A stretch of 64,000 nucleotides of DNA from Antedon mediterranea (Eukaryota; Animalia; Echinodermata): contig NC_092676.1 of NCBI RefSeq assembly GCF_964355755.1, forward strand, positions 13,130,771-13,194,770. The letters run 5' to 3'. This document shows, in pieces, positions 9,276 to 24,799 of the stretch. A program made the position numbers and the translations under genes. How positions within the stretch are numbered: the stretch's first letter is position 1; each line of letters starts with the position of its first letter. A model generated the notes under the pieces. It had not been told where the DNA came from, did no database searches, and saw only the letters and a list, made by a program, of their open reading frames with translations.

Positions 9276-10614
9276 AACTTGGTTACACAAAAACATCAAA
9301 GTGCTTAAAATCACATTTAAAACCGTTTTAGAGCATTTTTAGCATTTCGATAAAACTTTTCACACAAAAACATCAAAGTGTACAAAATAGCTTCAAATCG
9401 CATTTAGAGAGGTTTTAGACCATTTTGTGCATTTCGATAAAACTTTTCACACAAAAACATCAAAGTGTACAAAATAGCTTCAAATTGCATTTAGAGACGT
9501 TTTAGACCATTTTGTGCATTTCGATAAAACTTTTCACACAAAAACATCAAATTGCACAAAATCGTTTTAAACCATTTTAAATCGTTTTAAACCATTTTGA
9601 GCATGTCGATAAAACTTTTCACAAAAAACATCAAAGTGCACAGAATAGCTTCAAATTGCATTTGGAGACGTTTTAGAGCATTTTGTGCATTTCGATAAAA
9701 TGTGTTAACATAAAAAGACCAAAGTGTTTAGAATATCTTCAAATCACATTTGGAGACGTTTTAGACCATTTTTTGCATTTCGATGAAACTTGGTTACACA
9801 AAAACATCAAAGTGCTTAAAATCACATTTGAAACCGTTTTAGAGCATTTTGAGCATTTCGATAAAACTTTTCACACAAAAACATCAAAGTGTACAAAATA
9901 GCTTCAAATCGCATTTAGAGACGTTTTAGACCATTTTTTTGCATTTCGATGAAACTTGGTTACACAAAAACATCAAAGTGCTTAAAATCACATTTAAAAC
10001 CGTTTTAGAGCATTTTTAGCATTTCGATAAAACTTTTCACACAAAAACATCAAAGTGTACAAAATAGCTTCAAATCGCATTTAGAGAGGTTTTAGACAAT
10101 TTTGTGCATTTCGATAAAACTTTTCACACAAAAACATCAAAGTGTACAAAATAGCTTCAAATTGCATTTAGAGACGTTTTAGACCATTTTGTGCATTTCG
10201 ATAAAACTTTTCACACAAAAACATCAAATTGCACAAAATCGTTTTAAACCATTTTAAATCGTTTTAAACCATTTTGAGCATTTCGATAAAACTTTTCACA
10301 AAAAACATCAAAGTGCACAGAATAGCTTCAAATTGCATTTGGAGACGTTTTAGAGCATTTTGTGCATTTCGATAAAATGTGTTAACATAAAAAGACCAAA
10401 GTGTTTAGAATATCTTCAAATCACATTTGGAGACGTTTTAGACCATTTTTTGCATTTCGATGAAACTTGGTTACACAAAAACATCAAAGTGCTTAAAATC
10501 ACATTTGAAACCGTTTTAGAGCATTTTGAGCATTTCGATAAAACTTTTCACACAAAAACATCAAAGTGTACAAAATAGCTTCAAATCGCATTTAGAGACG
10601 TTTTAGACCATTTT
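9276..10614 (+). repeat. Local tandem duplication, 677 bp period (8 monomers)
   Basis: G monomer at 9563 and 10240; ORF starts 9683 and 10360. A related pair at 15921 and 16597 has a 676 bp period. Confidence 0.88.
9498..9582 (+). repeat. Rearranged monomer class G (85 bp) with an internal 20 bp tandem duplication; 10 copies seen
   Basis: AAATCGTTTTAAACCATTTT occurs twice in tandem, with the first CG at 9563, 10240, 15921, 16597, 24141, 38566, 41792, 44251, 54434 and 54692. Confidence 0.93.
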
Positions 10615-13600
10615 GTGCATTTCGAAAAAAATTGTTAACATAAAAAGACCAAAGTGTTTAGAATATCTCCAAATCGCATTTGGAGACGTTTTAGACCATT
10701 TTGTGCATTTCGATGAAACTTGGTTACACAAAAACATCAAAGTGCTTAAAATCACATTTGAAACCGTTTTAGAGCATTTTTAGCATTTCGATAATACTTT
10801 TCACACAAAAACATCAAAGTGTACAAAATAGCTTCAAATCGCATTTGGAGACGTTTTAGACCATTTTGTGCATTTCGATGAAACTTGGTTACACAAAAAC
10901 ATCAAAGTGCTTAAAATCACATTTGAAACCGTTTTAGACCATTTTGAGCATTTCGATAAAACTTTTCACACAAAAAAATCAAAGTGCACAAAATAGCTTC
11001 AAATCGCATTTGGAGACGTTTTAGACAATTTTGTGCATTTTGAAAAAATTTGTTAACATAAAAAGACCAAAGTGTTTAGAATATCTCCAAATCGCATTTG
11101 GAGACGTTTTAAACCATTTTGTGCATTTCGATGGAACTTGGTTACACAAAAACATCAAAGTGCTTAAAATCACATTTAAAACCGTTTTAGAGCATTTTGA
11201 GCATTTCGATAAAACTTTTCACACAAAAACATCAAAGTGTACAAAATAGCTTCAAATCGCATTTAGAGACGTTTTAGACCATTTTGTGCATTTCGATAAA
11301 ACTTTTCACACAAAAACATCAAATTGCACAAATAGCTTAATACCGTGTTTGAAATCGTTTTAAACCACTTTGAGCATGTCGATAAAACTTTTCACAAAAA
11401 AACATCAAAGTGCACAGAATAGCTTCAAATCGCATTTGGAGACGTTTTAAACCATTTTGTGCATTTCGATAAAACTTTTCACATAAAAACAACAAAGTGT
11501 ACAAAATAGCTTCAAATCGCATTTGGAGACGTTTTAGACCATTTTGTGCATTTCGATGAAACTTGGTTACACAAAAACATCAAAGTGCTTAAAATCACAT
11601 TTGAAACCGTTTTAGAGCATTTTGAGCATTTCGATAAAACTTTTCACACAAAAACATCAAAGTGTACAAAATAGCTTCAAATCACATTTGAAACCGTTTT
11701 AGACCATATTGAGCATTTCGATAAAACTTTTCACACAAAAACATCAAAGTGTACAAAATAGCTTCAAATCGCATTTGGAGACGTTTTAGACCATTTTGTG
11801 TATTTCGATGAAACTTGGTTACACAAAAACATCAAAGTGCTTAAAATCACATTTGAAAGCGTTTTAGAGCATTTTTAGCATTTCGATAATACTTTTCACA
11901 CAAAAACATCAAAGTGTACAAAATAGCTTCAAATCGCATTTGGAGACGTTTTAGACCATTTTGTGCATTTCGATGAAACTTGGTTACACAAAAACATCAA
12001 AGTGCTTAAAATCACATTTAAAACAGTTTTAGAGCATTTTGAGCATTTCGATAAAACTTTTCACACAAAAACATCAAAGTGTACAAAATAGCTTCAAATC
12101 GCATTTAAAGAGGTTTTAGACCATTTTGTGCATTTCGATAAAACTTTTCACACAAAAACATCAAAGTGTACAAAATAGCTTCAAATCGCATTTAGAGACG
12201 TTTTAGACCATCTTGTGCATTTCGATAAAACTTTTCACACAAAAACATCAAATTGCACAAAATAGCTTAATATCGTGTTTGAAAACGTTTTAAACCATTT
12301 TGAGCATGTCGATAAAACTTTTCACACAAAAATATCAAAGTGCACAGAATATCTTCAAATCGCATTTGGAGACGTTTTAGACCATTTTGTGCATTTCGAA
12401 AAAATTTGTTAACATAAAAAGACCAAAGTGTTTAGAATATCTCCAAATCGCATTTGGAGACGTTTTAGACCATTTTGTGCATTTCAATGAAACTTGGTTA
12501 CACAAAAACATCAAAGTGCTTAAAATCACATTCGAAACCGTTTTAGAGCATTTTTAGCATTTCGATAATACTTTTCACACAAAAACATCAAAGTGTACAA
12601 AATAGCTTCAAATCGCATTTGGAGACGTTTTAGACCATTTTGTGCATTTCGATGAAACTTGGTTACACAAAAACATCAAAGTGCTTAAAATCACATTTGA
12701 AACCGTTTTAGACCATTTTGAGCATTTCGATATAACTTTTCACACAAAAAAATCAAAGTGCACAAAATAGCTTCAAATCGCATTTGGAGACGTTTTAGAC
12801 TATTTTGTGCATTTCGAAAAAATTTGTTAACATAAAAAGACCAAAGTGTTTAGAATAACTCCAAATCGCATTTGGAGACGTTTTAAACCATTTTGTGCAT
12901 TTCGATGGAACTTGGTTACACAAAAACATCAAAGTGCTTAAAATCACATTTAAAACCATTTTAGAGCATTTTGAGCATTTCGATAAAACTTTTCACACAA
13001 AAACATCAAAGTGTACAAAATAGCTTCAAATCGCATTTAGAGAGGTTTTAGACCATTTTGTGCATTTCGATAAAACTTTTCACACAAAAACATCAAAGTG
13101 TACAAAATAGCTTCAAATCGCATTTAGAGACGTTTTAGACCATTTTGTGCATTTCGATAAAACTTTTCACAGAAAAACATCAAATTGCACAAAATAGCTT
13201 AATACCGTGTTTGAAATCGTTTTAAACCATTTTGAGCATGTCGATAAAACTTTTCACAAAAAAACATCAAAGTGCACAGAATAGCTTCAAATCGCATTTG
13301 GAGACGTTTTAAACCATTTTGAGCATTTCGATAAAACTTTTCACACAAAAACATCAAAGTGTACAAAATAGCTTCAAATCGCATTTAGAGAGGTTTTAGA
13401 CCATTTTGTGCATTTCGATAAAACTTTTCACACAAAAACATCAAATTGCACAAAATAGCTTAATATCGTGTTTGAAAACGTTTTAAACCATTTTGAGCAT
13501 GTCGATAAAACTTTTCACACAAAAATATCAAAGCGCACAGAATATCTTCAAATCGCATTTAGAGACGTTTTAGACCATTTTGTGCATTTCGAAAAAATTT

Positions 13601-16600
13601 GTTAACATAAAAAGACCAAAGTGTTTAGAATATCTCCAAATCGCATTTGGAGACGTTTTAGACCATTTTGTGCATTTCGATGAAACTTGGTTACACAAAA
13701 ACATCAAAGTGCTTAAAATCACATTTAAAACCGTTTTAGAGCGTTTTGAGCATTTCGATAAACTTTTTACACAAAAACATCAAAGTGCACAAAATAGCTT
13801 CAAATCGCATTTAGGGATGTTTTAGACCATTTTGTGCATTTCGATAAAACTTTTCACACAAAAACATCAAATTGCACAAAATAGCTTAATACCGTGTTTG
13901 AAATCATTTTAAACCATTTTGAGCATGTCGATAAAACTTTTCACACAAAAACATCAAAGTGCACAGAATATCTTCAAATCGCATTTAGAGACGTTTTAGA
14001 CCATTTTGTGCATTTCGAAAAAATTTGTTAACATAAAAAGACCAAAGTGTTTAGAATATCTCCAAATCGCATTTGGAGACGTTTTAGACCATTTTGTGCA
14101 TTTCGATGAAAATTGGTTACACAAAAACATCAAAGTGCTTAAAATCACATTTGAAACCGTTTTAGAGCATTTTGAGCATTTCGATAAAACTTTTCACACA
14201 AAAACATCAAAGTGTACAAAATAGCTTCAAATCGCATTTGGAGACGTTTTAGACCATTTTGTGCATTTCGATGAAACTTGGTTACACAAAAACATCAAAG
14301 TGCTTAAAATTACATTTGAAAGCGTTTTAGAGCATTTTGAGCATTTCGATAATACTTTTCACACAAAAACATCAAAGTGTACAAAATAGCTTCAAATCGC
14401 ATTTGGAGACGTTTTAGACCATTTTGTGCATTTCGATGAAACTTGGTTACACAAAAACATCAAAGTGCTTAAAATCACATTTGAAACCGTTTTAGACCAT
14501 TTTGAGCGTTTCGATAAAACTTTTCACACAAAAACATCAAAGTGCACAAAATAGCTTCAAATCGCATTTGGAGACGTTTTAGACTATTTTGTGCATTTCG
14601 AAAAAATTTGTTAACATAAAAAGACCAAAGTGTTTAGAATATCTCCAAATCGCATTTGGAGACGTTTTAAACCATTTTGTGCATTTCGATGGAACTTGGT
14701 TACACAAAAACATCAAAGTGCTTAAAATCACATTTAAAACCGTTTTAGAGCATTTTGAGCATTTCGATAAAACTTTTCACACAAAAACATCAAAGTGTAC
14801 AAAATAGCTTCAAATCGCATTTAGAGACGTTTTAGACCATTTTGTGCATTTTGATAAAACTTTTCACACAAAAACATCAAATTGCACAAAATAGCTTAAT
14901 ATTGTGTTTGAAAACGTTTTAAACCATTTTGAGCATGTCGATAAAACTTTTCACACAAAAATATCAAAGTGCCCAGAATATCTTCAAATCGCATTTAGAG
15001 ACGTTTTAGACCATTTTGTGCATTTCGAAAAAATTTGTTAACATAAAAAGACCAAAGTGTTTAGATTATCTCCAAATCGCATTTGGAGACGTTTTAGACC
15101 ATTTTGTGTTTTTCGAAAAAACTTTTCACACAAAAACATCAAAGTGTACAAAATTGCTTCAAATCGCATTTAGAGAGGTTTTAGACCATTTTGTGCATTT
15201 CGATAAAACTTTTCACACAAAAACATCAAAGTGCACAGAATATCTTAATACCGTGTCTGAAATCGTTTTAAACCATTTTGAGCATGTCGATAAAACTTTT
15301 CACACAAAAACATCAAAGTGCACAGAATATCTTCAAATCGCATTTAGAGACGTTTTAGACCATTTTGTGCATTTCGAAAAAATTTGTTAACATAAAAAGA
15401 CCAAAGTGTTTAGAATATCTCCAAATCGCATTTGGAGACGTTTTAGACCATTTTGTGCATTTCGATGAAACTTGGTTACACAAAAACATCAAAGTGCTTA
15501 AAATCACATTTGAAACCGTTTTAGAGCATTTTTAACATTTCGATAATACTTTTCACACAAAAACATCAAAGTGTACAAAATAGCTTCAAATCGCATTTGG
15601 AGACGTTTTAGACCATTTTGTGCATTTCGATGAAACTTGGTTACACAAAAACATCAAAGTGCTTAAAATCACATTTGAAACCGTTTTAGAGCATTTTGAG
15701 CATTTCGATAAAACTTTTCACACAAAAAAATCAAAGTGCACAAAATAGCTTCAAATCGCATTTAGAGAGGTTTTAGACAATTTTGTGCATTTCGATAAAA
15801 CTTTTCACACAAAAACATCAAAGTGTACAAAATAGCTTCAAATTGCATTTAGAGACGTTTTAGACCATTTTGTGCATTTCGATAAAACTTTTCACACAAA
15901 AACATCAAATTGCACAAAATCGTTTTAAACCATTTTAAATCGTTTTAAACCATTTTGAGCATGTCGATAAAACTTTTCACAAAAAACATCAAAGTGCACA
16001 GAATAGCTTCAAATTGCATTTGGAGACGTTTTAGAGCATTTTGTGCATTTCGATAAAATGTGTTAACATAAAAAGACCAAAGTGTTTAGAATATCTTCAA
16101 ATCACATTTGGAGACGTTTTAGACCATTTTTTGCATTTCGATGAAACTTGGTTACACAAAAACATCAAAGTGCTTAAAATCACATTTGAAACCGTTTTAG
16201 AGCATTTTGAGCATTTCGATAAAACTTTTCACACAAAAACATCAAAGTGTACAAAATAGCTTCAAATCGCATTTAGAGACGTTTTAGACCATTTTTTGCA
16301 TTTCGATGAAACTTGGTTACACAAAAACATCAAAGTGCTTAAAATCACATTTATAACCGTTTTAGAGCGTTTTTAGCATTTCGATAAAACTTTTCACACA
16401 AAAACATCAAAGTGTACAAAATAGCTTCAAATCGCATTTAGAGAGGTTTTAGACAATTTTGTGCATTTCGATAAAACTTCTCACACAAAAACATCAAAGT
16501 GTACAAAATAGCTTCAAATTGCATTTAGAGACGTTTTAGACCATTTTGTGCATTTCGATAAAACTTTTCACACAAAAACATCAAATTGCACAAAATCGTT

Positions 16601-18060
16601 TTAAACCATTTTAAATCGTTTTAAACCATTTTGAGCATTTCGATAAAACTTTTCACAAAAAACATCAAAGTGTTTAGAATATCTTCAAATCACATTTGGA
16701 GACGTTTTAGACCATTTTTTGCATTTCGATGAAACTTGGTTACACAAAAACATCAAAGTGCTTAAAATCACATTTGAAACCGTTTTAGAGCATTTTGAGC
16801 ATTTCGATAAAACTTTTCACACAAAAACATCAAAGTGTACAAAATAGCTTCAAATCGCATTTAGAGACGTTTTAGACCATTTTGTGCATTTCGAAAAAAT
16901 TTGTTAACATAAAAAGACCAAAGTGTTTAGAATATCCCCAAATCGCATTTGGAGACGTTTTAGACCATTTTGTGCATTTCGATGAAACTTGGTTACACAA
17001 AAACATCAAAGTGCTTAAAATCACATTTGAAACCGTTTTAGAGCATTTTTAGCATTTCGATAATACTTTTCATACAAAAACATCAAAGTGTACAAAATAG
17101 CTTCAAATCGCATTTGGAGACGTTTTAGACCATTTTGTGCATTTCGATGAAACTTGGTTACACAAAAACATCAAAGTGCTTAAAATCACATTTGAAACCG
17201 TTTTAGACCATTTTGAGCATTTCGATAAAACTTTTCACACAAAAAAATCAAAGTGCACAAAATAGCTTCAAATCGCATTTGGAGACGTTTTAGACTATTT
17301 TGTGCATTTTGAAAAAATTTGTTAACATAAAAAGACCAAAGTGTTTAGAATATCTCCAAATCGCATTTGGAGACGTTTTAAACCATTTTGTGCATTTCGA
17401 TGGAACTTGGTTACACAAAAACATCAAAGTGCTTAAAATCACATTTAAAACCGTTTTAGAGCATTTTGAGCATATCGATAAAACTTTTCACACAAAAACA
17501 TCAAAGTGTACAAAATAGCTTCAAATCGCATTTAGAGAGGTTTTAGACCATTTTGTGCATTTCGATAAAACTTTTCACACAAAAACATCAAAGTGTACAA
17601 AATAGCTTCAAATCGCATTTAGAGACGTTTTAGACCATTTTGTGCATTTCGATAAAACTTTTCACACAAAAACATCAAATTGCACAAAATAGGTTAATAT
17701 CGTGTTTGAAAACGTTTTAAACCATTTTGAGCATGTCGATAAAACTTTTCACAAAAAAATATCAAAGTGCACAGAATATCTTCAAATCGCATTTAGAGAC
17801 GTTTTAGACCATTTTGTGCATTTCGATGAAACTTGGTTACACAAAAACATCAAAGTGCTTAAAATCACATTTAAAACCGTTTTAGAGCGTTTTGAGCATT
17901 TCGATAAACTTTTTACACAAAAACATCAAAGTGCACAAAATAGCTTCAAATCGCATTTAGAGATGTTTTAGACCATTTTGTGCATTTCGATAAAACTTTT
18001 CACACAAAAACATCAAAGTGCACAGAATATCTTCAAATCGCATTTAGAGACGTTTTAGAC

Positions 18061-21000
18061 TATTTTGTGCATTTCGAAAAAAATTGTTAACATAAAAAGA
18101 CCAAAGTGTTTAGAATATCTCCAAATCGCATTTGGAGACGTTTTAAACCATTTTGTGCATTTCGATGGAACTTGGTTACACAAAAACATCAAAGTGCTTA
18201 AAATCACATTTAAAACCGTTTTAGAGCATTTTTAGCATTTCGATAAAACTTTTCACACAAAAACATCAAAGTGTACAAAATAGCTTCAAATCGCATTTGG
18301 AGACGTTTTAGACCATTTTGTGCATTTCGATGAAACTTGGTTACACAAAAACATGAAATTGCTTAAAATCACATTTGAAACCGTTTTAGACCATTTTGAG
18401 CATTTCGATAAAACTTTTCACACAAAAAAATCAAAGTGCACAAAATAGCTTCAAATCGCATTTGGAGACGTTTTAGACTATTTTGTGCATTTTGAACAAA
18501 TTTGTTAACATAAAAAGACCAAAGTGTTTAGAATATCTCCAAATCGCATTTGGAGACGTTTTAAACCATTTTGTGCATTTCGATGAAACTTGGTTACACA
18601 AAAACATCAAAGTGCTTAAAATCACATTTAAAACCGTTTTAGAGCATTTTGAGCATTTCGATAAAACTTTTCACACAAAAACATCAAATTGCACAAAATA
18701 GCTTAATACCGTGTTTGAAATCGTTTTAAACCATTTTGAGCATGTCGATAAAACTTTACACAAAAAAACATCAAAGTGCACAGAATAGCTTCAAATCGCA
18801 TTTGGAGACGTTTTAAACCATTTTGTGCATTTCAATAAAACTTTTCACATAAAAACAACAAAGTGTACAAAATAGCTTCAAATCGCATTTAAAGACGTTT
18901 TAGACCATTTTGGGCATTTCGATGAAACTTGGTTACACAAATACATAAAAATGCTTAAAATCACATTTCAAACCGTTTTAGAGCATTTTGAGCATTTCGA
19001 TAAAACTTTTCACACAAAAACATCAAAGTGCACAAAATAGCTTCAAATCGCATTTAGAGATGTTTTAGACCATTTTGTGCAATTCGATAAAACTTTTCAC
19101 ACAAAAACATCAAATTGCACAAAATAGCTTAATATCGTGTTTGAAAACGTTTTAGACCATTTTGAGCATGTCGATAAAACTTTTCATACAAAAACATAAA
19201 AGTGAACAGAATAGCTTCAAATTGCATTTGGAGACGTTTTAGAGCATTTTGTGCATTTCGATAAAATGTGTTAACATAAAAAGACCAAAGTGTTTAGAAT
19301 ATCTTCAAATCACATTTGGAGACGTTTTAGACCATTTTTTGCATTTCGATGAAACTTGGTTACACAAAAACATCAAAGTGCTTAAAATCACATTTAAAAC
19401 CGTTTTAGAGCATTTTGAGCATTTCGATAAAACTTTTCACACAAAAACATCAAAGTGTACAAAATAGCTTCAAATCGCATTTAGAGAGGTTTTAGACCAT
19501 TTTGTGCATTTCGATAAAACTTTTCACACAAAAACATCAAAGTGTACAAAATAACTTCAAATCGTATTTAGAGACGTTTTAGACCATTTTGTGCATTTTG
19601 ATAAAACTTTTCACACAAAAACATCAAATTGCACAAAATAGCTTAATATCGTGTTTGAAAACGTTTTAAACCATTTTGAGCATGTCGATAAAACTTTTCA
19701 CACAAAAATATCAAAGTGCACAGAATATCTTCAAATCGCATTTAGAGACGTTTTAGACCATTTTGTGCATTTCGAAAAAATTAGTTAACATAAAAAGACC
19801 AAAGTGTTTAGAATATCTCCAAATCGCATTTGGAGACGTTTTAGACCATTTTGTGTTTTTCGAAAAAACTTTTCACACAAAAACATCAAAGTGTACAAAA
19901 TTCCTTCAAATCGCATTTGGAGACGTTTTAGACCATTTTGTGATTTTCGAAAAACTTTTCACACAAAAACATCAAAGTGTAGAAAATTGCTTCAAATCGC
20001 ATTTAGAGATGTTTTAGAGCATTTTGTGCATTTCGAAAAAATTTGTTAACATAAAAAGACCAAAGTGTTTAGAATATCTCCAAATCGCATTTGGAGACGT
20101 TTTAGACCATTTTGTGCATTTCGATGACACTTGGTTACACAAAAACATCAAAGTGCTTAAAATCACATTTAAAACCGTTTTAGAGCGTTTTGAGCATTTC
20201 GATAAACTTTTCAAACAAAAACATCAAAGTGTACAAAATAGCTTCAAATCGTATTTGGAGACGTTTTAGACCATTTTGTGCGTTTCGATGAATCTTGGTT
20301 ACACAAAAACATCAAAGTGCTTAAAATCAAATTTAAAACCGTTTTAGTGCATTTTGAGCATTTCGATAAAACTTTTCACACAAAAACATCAAAGTGCACA
20401 AAATAGCTTCAAATCGCATTTAGAGATGTTTTAGACCATTTTGTGCGTTTCGATAAAACTTTTCACACAAAAACATCAAATTGCACAAAATAGCTTAATA
20501 TCGTGTTTGAAAACGTTTTAGACCATTTTGAGCATGTCGATAAAACTTTTCACACAAAAACATAAAAGTGCACAGAATAGCTTCAAATCGCATTTGGAGA
20601 CGTTTTAGACCATTTTGTGCATTTCGAAAAAACTTTTTAACATAAAAACACCAAAGTGCTTAGAATAGCTTCAAATCGCATTTGGAGACGTTTTAGACCA
20701 TTTTGTGCATTTCGATGAAACTTGGTTACACAAAAACATCAAAGTGCTTAAAATCACATTTGAAACCGTTTTAGAGCATTTTGAGCATTTCGATAAAACT
20801 TTTCACACAAAAACATCAAAGTGTACAAAATAGCTTCAAATCACATTTGAAACCGTTTTAGACCATTTTGAGCATTTCGATAAAACTTTTCACACAAAAA
20901 CATCAAAGTGTACAAAATAGCTTCAAATCGCATTTGGAGACGTTTTAGACCATTTTGTGCATTTCGATGAAACTTGGTTACACAAAAACATCAAAGTGCT

Positions 21001-22195
21001 TAAAATCACATTTGAAACCGTTTTAGACCATTTTGAGCGTTTCGATAAAACTTTTCACACAAATAAATCAGAGTGCACAAAATAGCTTCAAATCACATTT
21101 TGAGACGTTTTAGACTATTTTGTGCATTTCGAAAAAATTTGTTAACATAAAAAGACCAAAGTGTTTAGAATATCTCCAAATCGCATTTGGAGACGTTTTA
21201 AACCATTTTGTGCATTTCGATGGAACTTGGTTACACAAAAACACCAAAGTGCTTAAAATCACATTTAAAACCGTTTTAGAGCATTTTGAGCATTTCGATA
21301 AAACTTTTCACACAAAAACATCAAAGTGTACAAAATAGCTTCAAATCGCATTTAGAGACGTTTTAGACCATTTTGTGCATTTTGATAAAACTTTTCACAC
21401 AAAAACATCAAATTGCACAAAATAGCTTAATATTGTGTTTGAAAACGTTTTAAACCATTTTGAGCATGTCGATAAAACTTTTCACACAAAAATATCAAAG
21501 TGCCCAGAATATCTTCAAATCGCATTTAGAGACGTTTTAGACCATTTTGTGCATTTCGAAAAAATTTGTTAACATAAAAAGACCAAAGTGTTTAGATTAT
21601 CTCCAAATCGCATTTGGAGACGTTTTAGACCATTTTGTGTTTTTCGAAAAAACTTTTCACACAAAAACATCAAAGTGTACAAAATTGCTTCAAATCGCAT
21701 TTAGAGAGGTTTTAGACCATTTTGTGCATTTCGATAAAACTTTTCACACAAAAACATCAAAGTGCACAGAATATCTTAATACCGTGTCTGAAATCGTTTT
21801 AAACCATTTTGAGCATGTCGATAAAACTTTTCACACAAAAACATCAAAGTGCACAGAATATCTTCAAATCGCATTTAGAGACGTTTTAGACCATTTTGTG
21901 CATTTCGAAAAAATTTGTTAACATAAAAAGACCAAAGTGTTTAGAATATCTCCAAATCGCATTTGGAGACGTTTTAGACCATTTTGTGCATTTCGATGAA
22001 ACTTGGTTACACAAAAACATCAAAGTGCTTAAAATCACATTTGAAACCGTTTTAGAGCATTTTGAGCATTTCGATAAAACTTTTCACACAAAAACATCAA
22101 AGTGTACAAAATAGCTTCAAATCACATTTGAAACCGTTTTAGACCATTTTGAGCATTTCGATAAAACTTTTCACACAAAAACATCAAAGTGTACA
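18061..22195 (+). repeat. ~4.1 kb higher-order module, copy 2
   Basis: Same marker order as 4579-8713 at offset 13481-13482 (ORF starts 18483, 19249, 19763, 20024, 21120, 21547, 21896). Confidence 0.88.
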
Positions 22196-24799
22196 AAATA
22201 GCTTCAAATCGCATTTGGAGACGTTTTAGACCATTTTGTGCATTTCGATGAAACTTGGTTACACAAAAACATCAAAGTGCTTAAAATCACATTTGAAACC
22301 GTTTTAGAGCATTTTGAGCATTTCGATAAAACTTTTCACACAAAAACATCAAAGTGTACAAAATAGCTTCAAATCACATTTGAAACCGTTTTAGACCATT
22401 TTGAGCATTTCGATAAAACTTTTCACACAAAAACATCAAAGTGTACAGAATAGCTTCAAATCGCATTTGGAGACGTTTTAGACCATTTTGTGCATTTCGA
22501 TGAAACTTGGTAACACAAAAACATCAAAGTGCTTAAAATCACATTTGAAACCGTTTTAGACCATTTTGAGCATTTCGATAAAACTTTTCACACAAAAAAA
22601 TCAAAGTGCACAAAATAGCTTCAAATCGCATTTGGGGACGTTTTAGACTATTTTGTGCATTTCGAAAAAATTTGTTAACATAAAAAGACCAAAGTGTTTA
22701 GAATATCTCCAAATCGCATTTGGAGACGTTTTAAACCATTTTGTGCATTTCGATGGAACTTGGTTACACAAAAACCTCAAAGTGCTTAAAATCACATTTA
22801 AAACCGTTTTAGAGCATTTTTAGCATTTCGATAAAACATTTCACACAAAAACATCAAAGTGCACAAAATAGCTTCAAATCGCATTTAGAGATGTTTTAGA
22901 CCATTTTGTGCATTTCGATAAAACTTTTCACACAAAAACATCAAATTGCACAAAATAGCTTAATACCGTGTTTGAAATCATTTTAAACCATTTTGAGCAT
23001 GTCGATAAAACTTTTCACACAAAAACATCAAAGTGCACAGAATTTCTTCAAATCGCATTTAGAAACGTTTTAGACCATTTTGTGCATTTCGAAAAAATTT
23101 GTTAACATAAAAAGACCAAAGTGTTTAGAATATCTCCAAATCGCATTTGGAGACGTTTTAGACCATTTTGTGCATTTCGATGAAACTTGGTTACACAAAA
23201 ACATCAAAGTGCTTAAAATCACATTTGAAACCGTTTTAGAGCATTTTGAGCATTTCGATAAAACTTTTCACACAAAAACATCAAAGTGTACAAAATAGCT
23301 TCAAATCACATTTGAAACCGTTTTAGACCATTTTGAGCATTTCGATAAAACTTTTCACACAAAAACATCAAAGTGTACAAAATAGCTTCAAATCGCATTT
23401 GGAGACGTTTTAGACCATTTTGTGCATTTCGATGAAACTTGGTTACACAAAAACATCAAAGTGCTTAAAATCACATTTGAAACCGTTTTAGAGCATTTTT
23501 AGCATTTCGATAATACTTTTCACACAAAAACATCAAAGTGTACAAAATAGCTTCAAATCGCATTTGGAGACGTTTTAGACCATTTTGTGCATTTCGATGA
23601 AACTTGGTTACACAAAAACATCAAAGTGCTTAAAATCACATTTGAAACCGTTTTAGACCATTTTGAGCATTTCGATAAAACTTTTCAGACAAAAAAATCA
23701 AAGTGCACAAAATAGCTTCAAATCGCATTTGGGGACGTTTTAGACTATTTTGTGCATTTCGAAAAAATTTGTTAACATAAAAAGACCAAAGTGTTTAGAA
23801 TATCTCCAAATCGCATTTGGAGACGTTTTAAACCATTTTGTGCATTTCGATGGAACTTGGTTACACAAAAACATCAAAGTGCTTAAAATCACATTTAAAA
23901 CCGTTTTAGAGCATTTTTAGCATTTCGATAAAACTTTTCACACAAAAACATCAAAGTGTACAAAATAGCTTCAAATCGCATTTAGAGAGGTTTTAGACCA
24001 TTTTGTGCATTTCGATAAAACTTTTCACACAAAAACATCAAAGTGTACAAAATAGCTTCAAATTGCATTTAGAGACGTTTTAGACCATTTTGTGCATTTC
24101 GATAAAACTTTTCACACAAAAACATCAAATTGCACAAAATCGTTTTAAACCATTTTAAATCGTTTTAAACCATTTTGAGAATGTCGATAAAACTTTTCAC
24201 TAAAAACATCAAAGTGCACAGAATAGCTTCAAATTGAATTTGGAGACGTTTTAGAGCATTTTTTGCATTTCGATAAAATGTGTTAACATAAAAAGACCAA
24301 AGTGTTTAGAATATCTTCAAATCACATTTGGAGACATTTTAGACCATTTTTTGCATTTCGATGAAACTTGGTTACACAAAAACATCAAAGTGCTTAAAAT
24401 CACATTTGAAACCGTTTTAGAGCATTTTGAGCATTTCGATAAAACTTTTCACACAAAAACATCAAAGTGTACAAAATAGCTTCAAATCGCATTTAGAGAC
24501 GTTTTAGACCATTTTGTGCATTTCGAAAAAATTTGTTAACATAAAAAGACCAAAGTGTTTAGAATATCTCCAAATCGCATTTGGAGACGTTTTAGACCAT
24601 TTTGTGCATTTCGATGAAACTTGGTTACACAAAAACATCAAAGTGCTTAAAATCACATTTGAAACCGTTTTAGAGCATTTTTAGCATTTCGATAATACTT
24701 TTCACACAAAAACATCAAAGTGTACAAAATAGCTTCAAATCGCATTTGGAGACGTTTTAGACCATTTTGTGCATTTCGATGAAACTTGGTTACACAAAA

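Noticed and set aside
694-21921. A regular ~7 kb higher-order period suggested by the 124-aa ORF (694, 8065, 15016, 21547)
   Set aside because: The spacings are 7371, 6951 and 6531, then 10352, 2811, 4908, 9165 and 10716, and the intervening content differs. The equal 420 bp decrements in the first three are most simply coincidental sums of monomer lengths.
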